From positions 124,001 through 188,000 of the IMG/VR virus record IMGVR_UViG_3300017991_005548: a DNA stretch of 64,000 bases; one strand, given 5' to 3'. Below, in pieces: positions 43,599-53,600 of the stretch (position 1 is the first letter of the stretch; each line of letters starts with the position of its first letter). The position numbers were made by a program, and so were the translations under genes. The notes below the pieces were generated by a model. The model was not told the DNA's origin, ran no database searches, and saw nothing but the letters and a program-made list of their open reading frames with translations.

Positions 43599-46301
43599 TT
43601 AACCATTTAACCATCTTGCTTCATATTCTTGTGAGAAGTCATTGCTATCTGCATTGTAGTTTCTTCTCACTGATGTCAACCTATAAGGTAGATCATCCAC
43701 ATCTATAAACTGCAATGGGGTCGCTATTTCTTGCTGAACTCCAACAGTCTTAAAACTTATTCCTCGAATTGGTTGAAAAACTCTTTCTGCCAATCGATAC
43801 ATATGTGCTCTTGCAACATCAATATCCCCATACGCAGGCTGATCTATCATAATTGGTTTCTTAAATAAGATCTTATTGTCTTTGTTCTTAGGTATAGTTG
43901 AAACCGCTATAAGATTTCTGGTATCTCTGTCCAAAGTAAATATACTAATTAAGTTCGCCGTACTATCAAAAGTAACCTCAATATCTCTTTGGTCTAGAAT
44001 TGTCGTTTTGTTAACATCTGTAGGATCAGAAGAGAAGTAATGATCTATCACACCAGGTCCAAATGTGGCCTTATCATATCCGAGTAACCCTCCAGGCAAT
44101 CTATCAATATGCATTGTACCATCAGCGTCAAAATATGTAAAAGCCTCAAATCTTTTCACGATTGTCATTATGCAGTCGAAAATTTTATCAGTTGATTTAA
44201 ACCTCATCCTTGGGCTAGTAAAAGAATACCCTGAGGGTAAAAAGTATTCTTCAATATTAGGAACCCAATCTTTTTGAAAGGAGCCGATCCCTGCTCTTTT
44301 AGCGAGATCTCTAACTGCATGATACCCAACCATTCCATCATAAAATGGACTGTTAACAACTGGAGTGTTTTGCAAAATATAGTTATAATCCTCACAAACA
44401 AGTGTTATTGTCTCTTTTCCTGGAACTTCATTTGTGCTAGTAGATACAATAACCCCAGTAAATGTTTTTGTGAAATCTTTTGCCGTAGATGTATTGTCAG
44501 CATTCCACGTCCATCTTATATCTATGCCATACTGCCTTTGTTTTAAAGCATCATATTTTCCATTCTCATTATAGAGAACAACAGTAGCACTTTTCTTTAT
44601 GTGGAAGAAGTCTGGTGCGGATGCTTCTTCTGTAATGTCTATTAAATCTTCAGTAACTCCAACTGGGGAAAGTTTTCTAGGTTTCCTTGCTTGGACATCA
44701 ACTCCTTTAAGTCTGAAGAAATATGGGGTTGCAGAATATCTAAGAGTTGTATTGTCCCAAACTTTATCATCTGGACGCATAAACAGAAGAAAGAAGTCAG
44801 TACCTTTCAAATTACCAATTGCTGGATCACCATATTTCTTAGCAAATTCTTTCACGCTAATAAACAATGCACGACCTTCACGATGTAATCCAAATGCCGT
44901 AGGTGGTATATTATTGACAGTTTTGTTTATTCCCTCATCTCGGAAAGACTCTGCATCAATGCCATATTGCTGTTCTTTAGTTATATTTTGTGGACCAGAT
45001 GGCAGAAGACTTGTCGCCTCGCCAGTTGGATCACCAGTTTCATCTGCGGCTGAATATTGAATAATTTCAATTTTGGGATTGTTGGGATCGCCAAGAACAG
45101 GAGTCTCTTTTCTATCAACTATTGGGAAGGCCATCGCACTAAGTCTGGCAAAAGTCATTGGATAAGCGTAAACACTTGCCCTCATATTAGATCCATAAAC
45201 TCTAATTTTGCCTTTGGCAATATTACATGGTTTTAATTTCCCCTTGTCATCCTTATTGCCAGTTCTAACAATTCTGGTGTAAATATAGTTGAAGTTATTT
45301 ATTGTGACTACTAACCTCCCACCAATAGTCATAAACCCAACGTCGATTCTCTTGTCGGTTGTTACCAAACGAGTAGACTCATGATCAATTACTCTACCTT
45401 GAACAGGAAACGCATTATTCCCGTAGTAGTCCATTAATCTAGGCAGTTCGTTAAGGCTCAAAACTAAATCAAATCGATCTTGATTGTTGTTCGAATCCAC
45501 TCCCAAACTAATAATCCAGAATGTTTCATATTGAGCAGGATATGGGGGCCTTTCGCTCGTCTCTATTGTCACCCAGAATGGCATATTTTCTGTAAGGAAG
45601 TCGTCTGACTCCAACCCCCACCACAAACCATCTTGCACTTTACTTTGATGGGGACAATCAAGAGTTCTTTTCTCTGGGGGTTGTTCATCAGTGCCAGTTT
45701 CGTCTGGTTGGCCAGGAGGTATGGGTTTAGCTGGAAATGAAGCGCCAAAATTTTGTAGGAATTCTTTGATTTCTGCGTCATCTGTTGTTCCATCTGTTTT
45801 CGCTTCTTTGTAGTTAGACATATTCCAGATTGGACCAACATATGTTGACCCAGGCTCTGTATCTGGATCAATAGGCTCTCTATAAAGTGTATTATTTTTA
45901 TTAGTGATATCTGTATAGTATGATGGAAAGTTTTGAGAATCCAATTTTTCTTCAATCGCCCCTGGAGTTTTTACTCCTTTTAAACTACATGGAGTCCAAC
46001 TGATACGTCCATCTGCACTTGGAAGTGATGACCCAGCACTTGATGAACCTGGAGTAATGTTGCTAAGATAATTGTCCACAAAGAATTTCTTTCTAGCTGG
46101 GAAACAAGCGGCAAAATCACTATTGTTGTCTTGAACCTGTTCCGTCAACAATGGCTCAACATAAGGAGATTTATTAATAGCAGGCCAATGACGAGCAGTA
46201 ATGTCAAAATTATACACTTGAGATTCCTGCACGACTTTGGGAAGCCTATGCAATATTCTTACTAGTGGTGTTGCTATACCATAATTTTTGTTGTCAGCCA
46301 T
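43599..46301 (-). CDS. Baseplate hub / tail-tip (gp27/Tal-like) protein with large N-terminal extension
   Basis: C-terminal hub-like pattern FTGVIVSTS..ITLVCEDY..L, F.YFDADGTMHI, YRLTSVRRNY. Third gene after the tape measure. Confidence 0.6.
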   Translation of the reverse strand: MADNKNYGIATPLVRILHRLPKVVQESQVYNFDITARHWPAINKSPYVEPLLTEQVQDNNSDFAACFPARKKFFVDNYLSNITPGSSSAGSSLPSADGRISWTPCSLKGVKTPGAIEEKLDSQNFPSYYTDITNKNNTLYREPIDPDTEPGSTYVGPIWNMSNYKEAKTDGTTDDAEIKEFLQNFGASFPAKPIPPGQPDETGTDEQPPEKRTLDCPHQSKVQDGLWWGLESDDFLTENMPFWVTIETSERPPYPAQYETFWIISLGVDSNNNQDRFDLVLSLNELPRLMDYYGNNAFPVQGRVIDHESTRLVTTDKRIDVGFMTIGGRLVVTINNFNYIYTRIVRTGNKDDKGKLKPCNIAKGKIRVYGSNMRASVYAYPMTFARLSAMAFPIVDRKETPVLGDPNNPKIEIIQYSAADETGDPTGEATSLLPSGPQNITKEQQYGIDAESFRDEGINKTVNNIPPTAFGLHREGRALFISVKEFAKKYGDPAIGNLKGTDFFLLFMRPDDKVWDNTTLRYSATPYFFRLKGVDVQARKPRKLSPVGVTEDLIDITEEASAPDFFHIKKSATVVLYNENGKYDALKQRQYGIDIRWTWNADNTSTAKDFTKTFTGVIVSTSTNEVPGKETITLVCEDYNYILQNTPVVNSPFYDGMVGYHAVRDLAKRAGIGSFQKDWVPNIEEYFLPSGYSFTSPRMRFKSTDKIFDCIMTIVKRFEAFTYFDADGTMHIDRLPGGLLGYDKATFGPGVIDHYFSSDPTDVNKTTILDQRDIEVTFDSTANLISIFTLDRDTRNLIAVSTIPKNKDNKILFKKPIMIDQPAYGDIDVARAHMYRLAERVFQPIRGISFKTVGVQQEIATPLQFIDVDDLPYRLTSVRRNYNADSNDFSQEYEARWLNG

Positions 46302-46309
46302 AATAACTC

Positions 46310-49033
46310 CTAGAAATTGTTACTCACCATCCAAGTTTGATTTGTGCCTTCGGATGAGCAAATCTTTCCATCATCGTCGTAATAAAAAATTCGGAAAACA
46401 CCTGTATCATCTTCGTGAGCAGTTAATTTCTGCTTCTGTACTGGACCTGTATTTAGAGGTGTTGTTATTTGAGTATCAAACGTCTCTTGGATTAATTCTA
46501 TAAAATTAGCGTCACTACCTGCTGTCGCACTCATAGCTTCATTTAATAATGTCTCTGTTACAATCTTTGCTTGTATCCCTGTTTCAGTAATATAAAACAA
46601 CAATCCGCCATCATATATCGCCGCCTCTCCATCTTTAGCAACAATTATCTCAGATGAACCCCACTCTTCACCAGAAACCCTTGAAAAAATCATCCTTACT
46701 CCATCTAAAGAGTCGTAGAAAACGACGATAGAACCATCAGCAAGACGTTTCGAAGAAACAACACCAAAGTCCTCAATATTGTCTACAGTAAATTGAGCGA
46801 CTCCAGTTGATTCTGAAACTATTGGGATGATCTTGTCTTCAAAGAACCAATCAGAAAACTTAAAAGTAAAATTATCAACTACAGGATTTGGGTTGTAAGT
46901 TGGATTTTCAATTGCTGGTGGCCTCCAAAGAAAATCTTGCCTACTATCTTCAGGAACACATGCAAAATTCTGATAACTCAAAGTCAATATATTAACAATA
47001 AAGACCCCAAGATATCGGCTTCCATTATCATAGCTAACGAAGAAAATATACATCTTCTCAGAAAGTTCGTCGTAAATAGAACAACAATATAGAGCGTTAT
47101 CTAAAATCAATAATCCATATTGGTTATCTTTGTTAGTTTCGACTTTATCGCTCAACTGTGGATTCCCCCAAAAATATCCACCATTCTTTGATCCAATAAC
47201 GAATACTCCATTTTTTTCTGGCCACTCGGTTGCTCCAGAGTTACTAACTGTTGATACAGAATTCTGAACAGTAAACCCCCTAAAACCCCTGCCCATAAAA
47301 ATCATAAGCTCTTCATCACTAATAGAAAAGATATCAAAGAGTCTAGCATTATCAATCACTTGGTTATTGTTGATATAGTCTATGTTAGCAGAATTAATTA
47401 ATGGTCCCACATTTACATTAGGATTACTTATAATAATTGGGCCATCTCCTGTAGCGGCACTAATCATTACTCTTCTAGAATCAGTTCTTGAATATCTGCC
47501 AGTCATATATTCGTAAATAGGAGAAACAAGATTACCATCATAAGTATATAAATCTTTATTTTGTGTAACTCCTCCACCTCTCTCAAATCCTATGAGATTC
47601 ATTTCACCATCTCCACATATGGTAGTCCCATAGTATTCTCCTTGAGATCCCAAAGAAAATAATAACACATCATTTCCAGGAGGAATCTCTACCTCTAATA
47701 ACTTTACTCTATCTTGCCCTGTGTCGAGAGCTATTGTAGAGTTAGTACCTTTCGAGATAGAAGCTGTTGCAACCCAAGCAGATTCTCCAATAGAAATGTC
47801 ATAATGTTTGGGGTATTCAGTATAACCTAAAGTTCCTCGTCTTATCGCTACATTTTTGCTCTCATAATCATAATAGAGAAGTAAATCTTCATTCGATAGG
47901 TAATAGTATGCTGATGAAATTCCAAAGATACCCTCAACAGTTCTCATGAATATGATCGCGTTATCATTATCTGGGGCTTGATCTCCCAGCCCCCAATATC
48001 TACCCCCACATAATCCGAGTCTAGTTCCACTAGGGATATCTACTTTAAATTCAGGGGCCAACCAATAACCATCCAAACAAATTCTTACGTTGGTATCTCC
48101 TGGAGGAGGTGGTATGTCACTAACGTCAACAGAGTATATTCCATTTAGCGCCGTCCTTCTCTCTACAGGAGTTCTACTAAAAGTGGCGTAAACAGTATCT
48201 CCTACGTTAAAGTTTGTAGGCTCTTCAGTAAATCGGATTATTGCTTCATATGACTCACCCTGAGTCCTATTTTGCACTCCAATCCTCTCAATTGGATAAC
48301 TATCTCCATTTGAATTATGTATATACCAACCTTTATATTTGGAATAGAGTTTCCTGGGGTTACTATTTATGTCATGGGAATATTGATTCATAAACCTGTC
48401 ATAGAAACTAATAAATTCTCTAGATCCCATGTTAAAATAACCTTGTCCATAAGTGGTTGCTATGTTTTCTCCAGTAACCTGAATTCTGATGGATTTTGAG
48501 CTTAGGTTTATTGCATTAATCTCTCCACCAAGGAACTGGGTCCGACTGTCTGACATGTACCACTCAACCGCTTTCCATGCCTTTTGTTGAGGGATTATAT
48601 AATCTGGATCAGCATCTGGGTTGAATACATATGTCTTAGTAATATCATTAATGTACACATCTATAATATGCCCTCCCTCCTGACCTATGATCTCAAAATA
48701 TCTGTTATTTTGAACCACAAAACTACCAACCAATGCATCATCATGGAAGTTCGTTCTTGTTGATCTGCCACCTTGACTTATTTCCATTTTTATGTAAGAA
48801 GTATCTTCATCAAGCAGAAATTCATTATAGTCAGACTTATCTGCCGTATCCATTGGAACCTCTTCTAAGGAAACAGTTCCCTCATCAACAGTCCTAACAA
48901 TGACATATCGATTATTGTCACTATATATTTCACTCTGACTTGTTCCTGTTGTAATTGGATAGAACTCCCAATAATGACTCTCAGTAACGGCCATATCTGT
49001 ATCAGGACTAGGCATGTCAATTGGATTTGGCAT
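46310..49033 (-). CDS. Tail-tip/baseplate structural protein (907 aa)
   Basis: Acidic, beta-rich, with propeller-like C-terminal half. Downstream of the tape measure and coupled by a TAATG overlap. Confidence 0.65.
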   Translation of the reverse strand: MPNPIDMPSPDTDMAVTESHYWEFYPITTGTSQSEIYSDNNRYVIVRTVDEGTVSLEEVPMDTADKSDYNEFLLDEDTSYIKMEISQGGRSTRTNFHDDALVGSFVVQNNRYFEIIGQEGGHIIDVYINDITKTYVFNPDADPDYIIPQQKAWKAVEWYMSDSRTQFLGGEINAINLSSKSIRIQVTGENIATTYGQGYFNMGSREFISFYDRFMNQYSHDINSNPRKLYSKYKGWYIHNSNGDSYPIERIGVQNRTQGESYEAIIRFTEEPTNFNVGDTVYATFSRTPVERRTALNGIYSVDVSDIPPPPGDTNVRICLDGYWLAPEFKVDIPSGTRLGLCGGRYWGLGDQAPDNDNAIIFMRTVEGIFGISSAYYYLSNEDLLLYYDYESKNVAIRRGTLGYTEYPKHYDISIGESAWVATASISKGTNSTIALDTGQDRVKLLEVEIPPGNDVLLFSLGSQGEYYGTTICGDGEMNLIGFERGGGVTQNKDLYTYDGNLVSPIYEYMTGRYSRTDSRRVMISAATGDGPIIISNPNVNVGPLINSANIDYINNNQVIDNARLFDIFSISDEELMIFMGRGFRGFTVQNSVSTVSNSGATEWPEKNGVFVIGSKNGGYFWGNPQLSDKVETNKDNQYGLLILDNALYCCSIYDELSEKMYIFFVSYDNGSRYLGVFIVNILTLSYQNFACVPEDSRQDFLWRPPAIENPTYNPNPVVDNFTFKFSDWFFEDKIIPIVSESTGVAQFTVDNIEDFGVVSSKRLADGSIVVFYDSLDGVRMIFSRVSGEEWGSSEIIVAKDGEAAIYDGGLLFYITETGIQAKIVTETLLNEAMSATAGSDANFIELIQETFDTQITTPLNTGPVQKQKLTAHEDDTGVFRIFYYDDDGKICSSEGTNQTWMVSNNF

Positions 49034-50571
49034 TATTGTAAATCCTCTTCTATTCTATCAATTGGATCATTAGGTGTTGTTCCAATAGGATCGTCAACAG
49101 GAATAGTTGGTGTTGTTCCAATAGGATCGTCAACAGGAGTAGTATTTGCAGGAGGATCAAATACTGCATCTGGGTTATTTGGGGAGAAGTATTCATCGTT
49201 TATTTGGTCAAAATCAAATGGATCATCACTAATCGGATCTTGTTCAAAGTCCGACCTTCTATTTGGAGAGTCAATAGTCTCAGAGATAACTCTTATTGGA
49301 TCTATTACTTGGACTTCATCAGGTTGATCTTCCTGCTGTCTATCATCAACAACAAACACCTCATCAACAGATATATTTCTGCCAACTTCACCATTATTGA
49401 ACTCAATATCTACAACTTCCACTACAAAAAACTGTGGTGGCTGAGTTTCCTCTTCAGGAGCATCGGGATTTTCGGGACTATCTTGGTTTGGAACATCTTC
49501 GTCATTACCTGACTGATCAGTTGCATTTGAGGTAGATGCCGCACTCGAAGCTGTTGTATTTGAGCTAGATGGGCTTGATCCATTAACCGCCGTAACTGTG
49601 CCAGTTTTCCCACTTGACACAACACTATCTCCAACAGCTATATTTCTTCTTCTAATATATACTCCTGTTGCAGAACCCTCTGATAATTGAGAGTTTTGAT
49701 CAGTTCGGAATATGGTTTGAGAACCTGTTGGTAAAGCTCCAGTTGAGATTCTATTCATCACTCCATCTAACAAATATGGATCTTGTATCCACCAAGATCT
49801 TGACAAAACAAAAAAATCACTTGCTTGAAAGTTTGGGTCTGCTGTCCCTTGGAACTCTACGTCGATTTCTATAGATCCAGTTACTCCCCTTACTTCATTA
49901 ATGGAAAATGCCATAGAGCTACCATCGTTTCTACTATAGAGAGTAATAGTATCGTTTACACTAGAGAAATTTATGGTCCCAACAGATGTCGTTTCTGCTT
50001 TAGTGTCGATTGTAACTGTATAGGTTTTCTTAGCCGCATCCAGAACAGTAAATGATCTAATGATCCCATGATTTAAGTAAAACTGTTCGAATTTCGATCT
50101 AAAGATTAGATCTTCTGTGCTCGAACCTAAGAAATCTATGTTGAGGATATTTTGGGCGGTTATTTCAGAGTAGACTTTTTCCTTAAAAAGCGTCCCTACA
50201 CAATATCCCAATTCAGGCCCTACATACTCTCGTCCAAGTCCATAATTTGCAGAAGACTTTTGAGCGAATGCTTGTTCGACCTGATTTATGCCACTTAAGG
50301 CTCCAATGACACTTCCAGGGGCTGAATTGGCTGTTCGTATAAAGTCGGTCCAAGGGTCGTTAAAACCGCCCCAAGGGGCTATTATGGTACATGTAGTTGT
50401 TTCTGCGGCATACTGAGACAGAGATGCAGGAAGAAGTTCGTCTGGCATTTCTGCATAAGGAATTGAACGAGCAGTATCTAGGACATCACTTCTTAGTAGA
50501 GGAACCCACCTCCATCTTGAATATCCGAGGTCGTTTTCAACTTGTGTTGCAGTAATAACATTAATAGCCAT
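49033..50571 (-). CDS. First gene after the tape measure (distal-tail position), with acidic Pro/Asp-rich C-terminus
   Basis: Synteny; PVDDPIGTTP duplicated (ccaataggatcgtcaacagga x2 at ~49082-49140). Confidence 0.6.
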   Translation of the reverse strand: MAINVITATQVENDLGYSRWRWVPLLRSDVLDTARSIPYAEMPDELLPASLSQYAAETTTCTIIAPWGGFNDPWTDFIRTANSAPGSVIGALSGINQVEQAFAQKSSANYGLGREYVGPELGYCVGTLFKEKVYSEITAQNILNIDFLGSSTEDLIFRSKFEQFYLNHGIIRSFTVLDAAKKTYTVTIDTKAETTSVGTINFSSVNDTITLYSRNDGSSMAFSINEVRGVTGSIEIDVEFQGTADPNFQASDFFVLSRSWWIQDPYLLDGVMNRISTGALPTGSQTIFRTDQNSQLSEGSATGVYIRRRNIAVGDSVVSSGKTGTVTAVNGSSPSSSNTTASSAASTSNATDQSGNDEDVPNQDSPENPDAPEEETQPPQFFVVEVVDIEFNNGEVGRNISVDEVFVVDDRQQEDQPDEVQVIDPIRVISETIDSPNRRSDFEQDPISDDPFDFDQINDEYFSPNNPDAVFDPPANTTPVDDPIGTTPTIPVDDPIGTTPNDPIDRIEEDLQ

Positions 50572-50604
50572 GACATTTGTTCTGTGTTATTGGTTGGTAA
50601 AAGT

Positions 50605-50612
50605 ATTATACA
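50605..50612 (-). promoter_or_regulatory. TGTATAAT -10-like element upstream of the tail-tip block
   Basis: Intergenic octamer shared with 29385-29392 and 59330-59337. Confidence 0.45.
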
Positions 50613-50626
50613 TTCGAACAGAAGGA

Positions 50627-53600
50627 TTAGGCCATTTTTTCGAAAGACATTCTTAGCCTACTATTCTTTGTCATTTCGGCATCAATTTTATCACTGAGTG
50701 TTATTTTAAGCTCACCTAAAACTTCTTTCCCGCCACTTTCACTTGGGCCTCCATCGAGTCCAGCCATCTCTCTTCCCGAAGATCTTCTGTATTCTGCTTG
50801 TGTTGCCGCATCTGATACAATATCGCTTCTTACAACGCCACCCTTCCCTTTGCCTACTGCTCTAGGAGTTTGGGGTTTAGCTTTACCCCCTCTGTGAACA
50901 ATAATACCTTGATTTCCACCAAGTGCTGTTGGGACTCTACCTCCAGTACTTTCTGGGGCATTCGCTCTAGCATCGGCATAAGCCTTTTCTCTTTCTTTTA
51001 CTCTAGCGGCTTCGGCTTCGGCTTCAGCTTGTCGATCTGGGTCATATCGCACATGTCCACCTAGTGCAGTTGAACCCCACTTAAGTGCAGATTTATCTGC
51101 CCCTTTCAATTTTTCTAATTCGGATCTAGCGGCGGCTCTCTCTGCTGATGTAGCATCACGATCAAGAGCTTTGCTTTGGAGTTCTTTCATTCGAGTTATG
51201 TTTTGGCTATATGGTGTTGCAGGCAGTTTTTTATTAACCTTTGGCATACTAAGATAGTTAACACCTTCTCCCGCTGGCCTTGTATCTCGTCCTGCCCTAC
51301 TTTTTGCAAGTCCCTTTCTAGCAATTTCTCTTGCTTCCTCATCCGACATTACTTTTTGGCCAATTGACGCTGTTGGGATTTTTGGAACACCCATCTTTTC
51401 GATTGGTCCTGTAAGATCCACTGTCCCAATGTCTTCTGGAACTGAAGCGTATCTGTCCAATACTGGAGTAGGTGTTGGAGTAGGTGTTGGAGTAGGTGTT
51501 GGAGCTTTGGAAGAAGGTCTAGTGGCTTTAGTGGATTTAGGTAAAACGTTCTTCTTGACTTCTTCTGGAATCGCTTCCTTTCCCATTTGCCTGGCAGTTG
51601 CAAGTCTAATCCCTTTTGAACGAGAAAGTTTCCCTTTTTCAGCTTTGGTCAGGAAGTCCTCCCATTCTATTCCTTTCTTGAATTGAGGTCCTTGAGCCTG
51701 TTTGGCAGGTTCCTTCTTAACCCTTCTAGATTGTTGACTTCCTGGCTCTGGAATGCCTTTTCGTTTTCTATATTCGGCATCCACCTTATCCATATACTCT
51801 TCCTCTCTTCTTATGGCTTCAGCACTAGCTTTCTTCCTTTTTTCGGCTCGATCTTGTCTGTTTTTTCGGATAATTTTCGACACTTTGGCTTTCCCATGAG
51901 CGATAGCTTCTTTATCATCAGTATATCCCATAACAGATGCCATTATGTCTCTAAATTCAGCTTCCTGTTCTTTAAGGCTTTTACTTCTGAAAACCTCTTC
52001 TTTCATCAATTCTTCAAAGACATACTCAGCTTGTGCCGCAATAGCGCTTCTTTTATCTTGTCCTTCTCCTTTTTGTAGGAGAACATGCATCCTTTCTTGT
52101 GCCGTGCCAACAAGCGATCCTCTTTTTATAGATAGTGCCTCCCCCATGCGAATAGCTTTGCTCATATCCTCTTGTTTCTTAGAACCAGAGGACATACTTA
52201 CTGCAACCTCTTTATGGGCTTTCATCAACTCTGTCGCATTTTCACTTACGGCATGGACTTTTTTAATAATTTCATCCTCTGTCATCCCTAAAGATTTGGC
52301 AAGTCTTTCTGTACTTTTCGATATTGTGTAAGCATTAAGGTTACCTTCTTTAATTAAATTGTCAAGGTGATTCATCTCCTCCTTGACTATTTGAGATTGT
52401 ATTGTCTCTGCCATTCTACTATCACGTTTGCGCAATTCTTTTATAGCAGTTCCCATACTATATTCAAGTCCCATCATCTCATAAGAATTTTCTTCAGCAT
52501 TCTTCATGGAGCTTTGGATATTCATGGCCAAACTAGCAATGGCTTGAGCCTCTACCCCCTTAAATTCGTTCATCCTTGCATCAAGTTGATTCCACGACTC
52601 AATCTGAGTACTCATTATGTATTCCTGCTCTCTGGAAAGCTTCTTTATTTCTGATGTCGCAGTAGCAGTTCCCCCTTTAGGAGTGGCTCCTCCAGTTACA
52701 GGTTTTGCGGCTGGTTTTCTAGTAGGTCCTGTCGCAGGTGCAGGAGCGCCTTCCATTGGTCCTCTATGTCCTCCCCATGACAAGAATTGTTTTACATCTA
52801 CTCCCCAATGCATTGATCCATCTGAAAGCGTTTGACTCGCGCCAGAAAATCCTTTAGCAATATCTCTTTGCCTTCTAACAATTGCCTTGCTAACTTTGAC
52901 CTGTTCCTTCTGAAGAGATTTGAGTGTTTTAGAATCGTTTCTCCCAGAATCGTTAAGCTCTGTCATCTTATTGGAGATCTCTTGGCTATATTTGAGAAGT
53001 CCCTGCATTTTTGGATCTTTCTGCATCTGTCTCAACATAACTGGAGGTATGCCCATTGGACCTGGAGCGGCAGATGGCGCAAAAACATTTGTAGCTTCTG
53101 GAGTCGTTCCACGAGATCCACCTGCGACCGCTCCTGCAAAAGCAGTTACCGTATTTGCCCCTCTTCTAGTCCTTCTTTCTTGACCTGGAGCACCTTTACC
53201 ACCTTCTCCTGTTCTTACATCGATCTTAACGGATTGGAGGTTATTGCCACCACCAGACCAAGTATGAAGTGCTCGACTGAACTCACTTTCCATAAACCCT
53301 TGTTTATTGATGTTTTGTTCTAAAATTGCTCCTTTTGTATTCTCATGCTCTCTATTATCACCTATGTATCCAGCAGTTGGAGCGGCACCTTTGCCCATCA
53401 TATGTTGTTGGAAAGCCTGGGCAGATCTTCCATAACCAAAGATGTCATCAACTTGAGCACCAGCAAATGCTCCCGCTTGGAATCCGCCAATGGTGTATTT
53501 TGAAGGTGCGGCCATTCTAGCTTTTGAAGCCTCAGACCCTTGAATAGTATATCCACCAAGAGCCATCGTATTAAGAAAGTCAATCCCTGTTACGCCTTTT

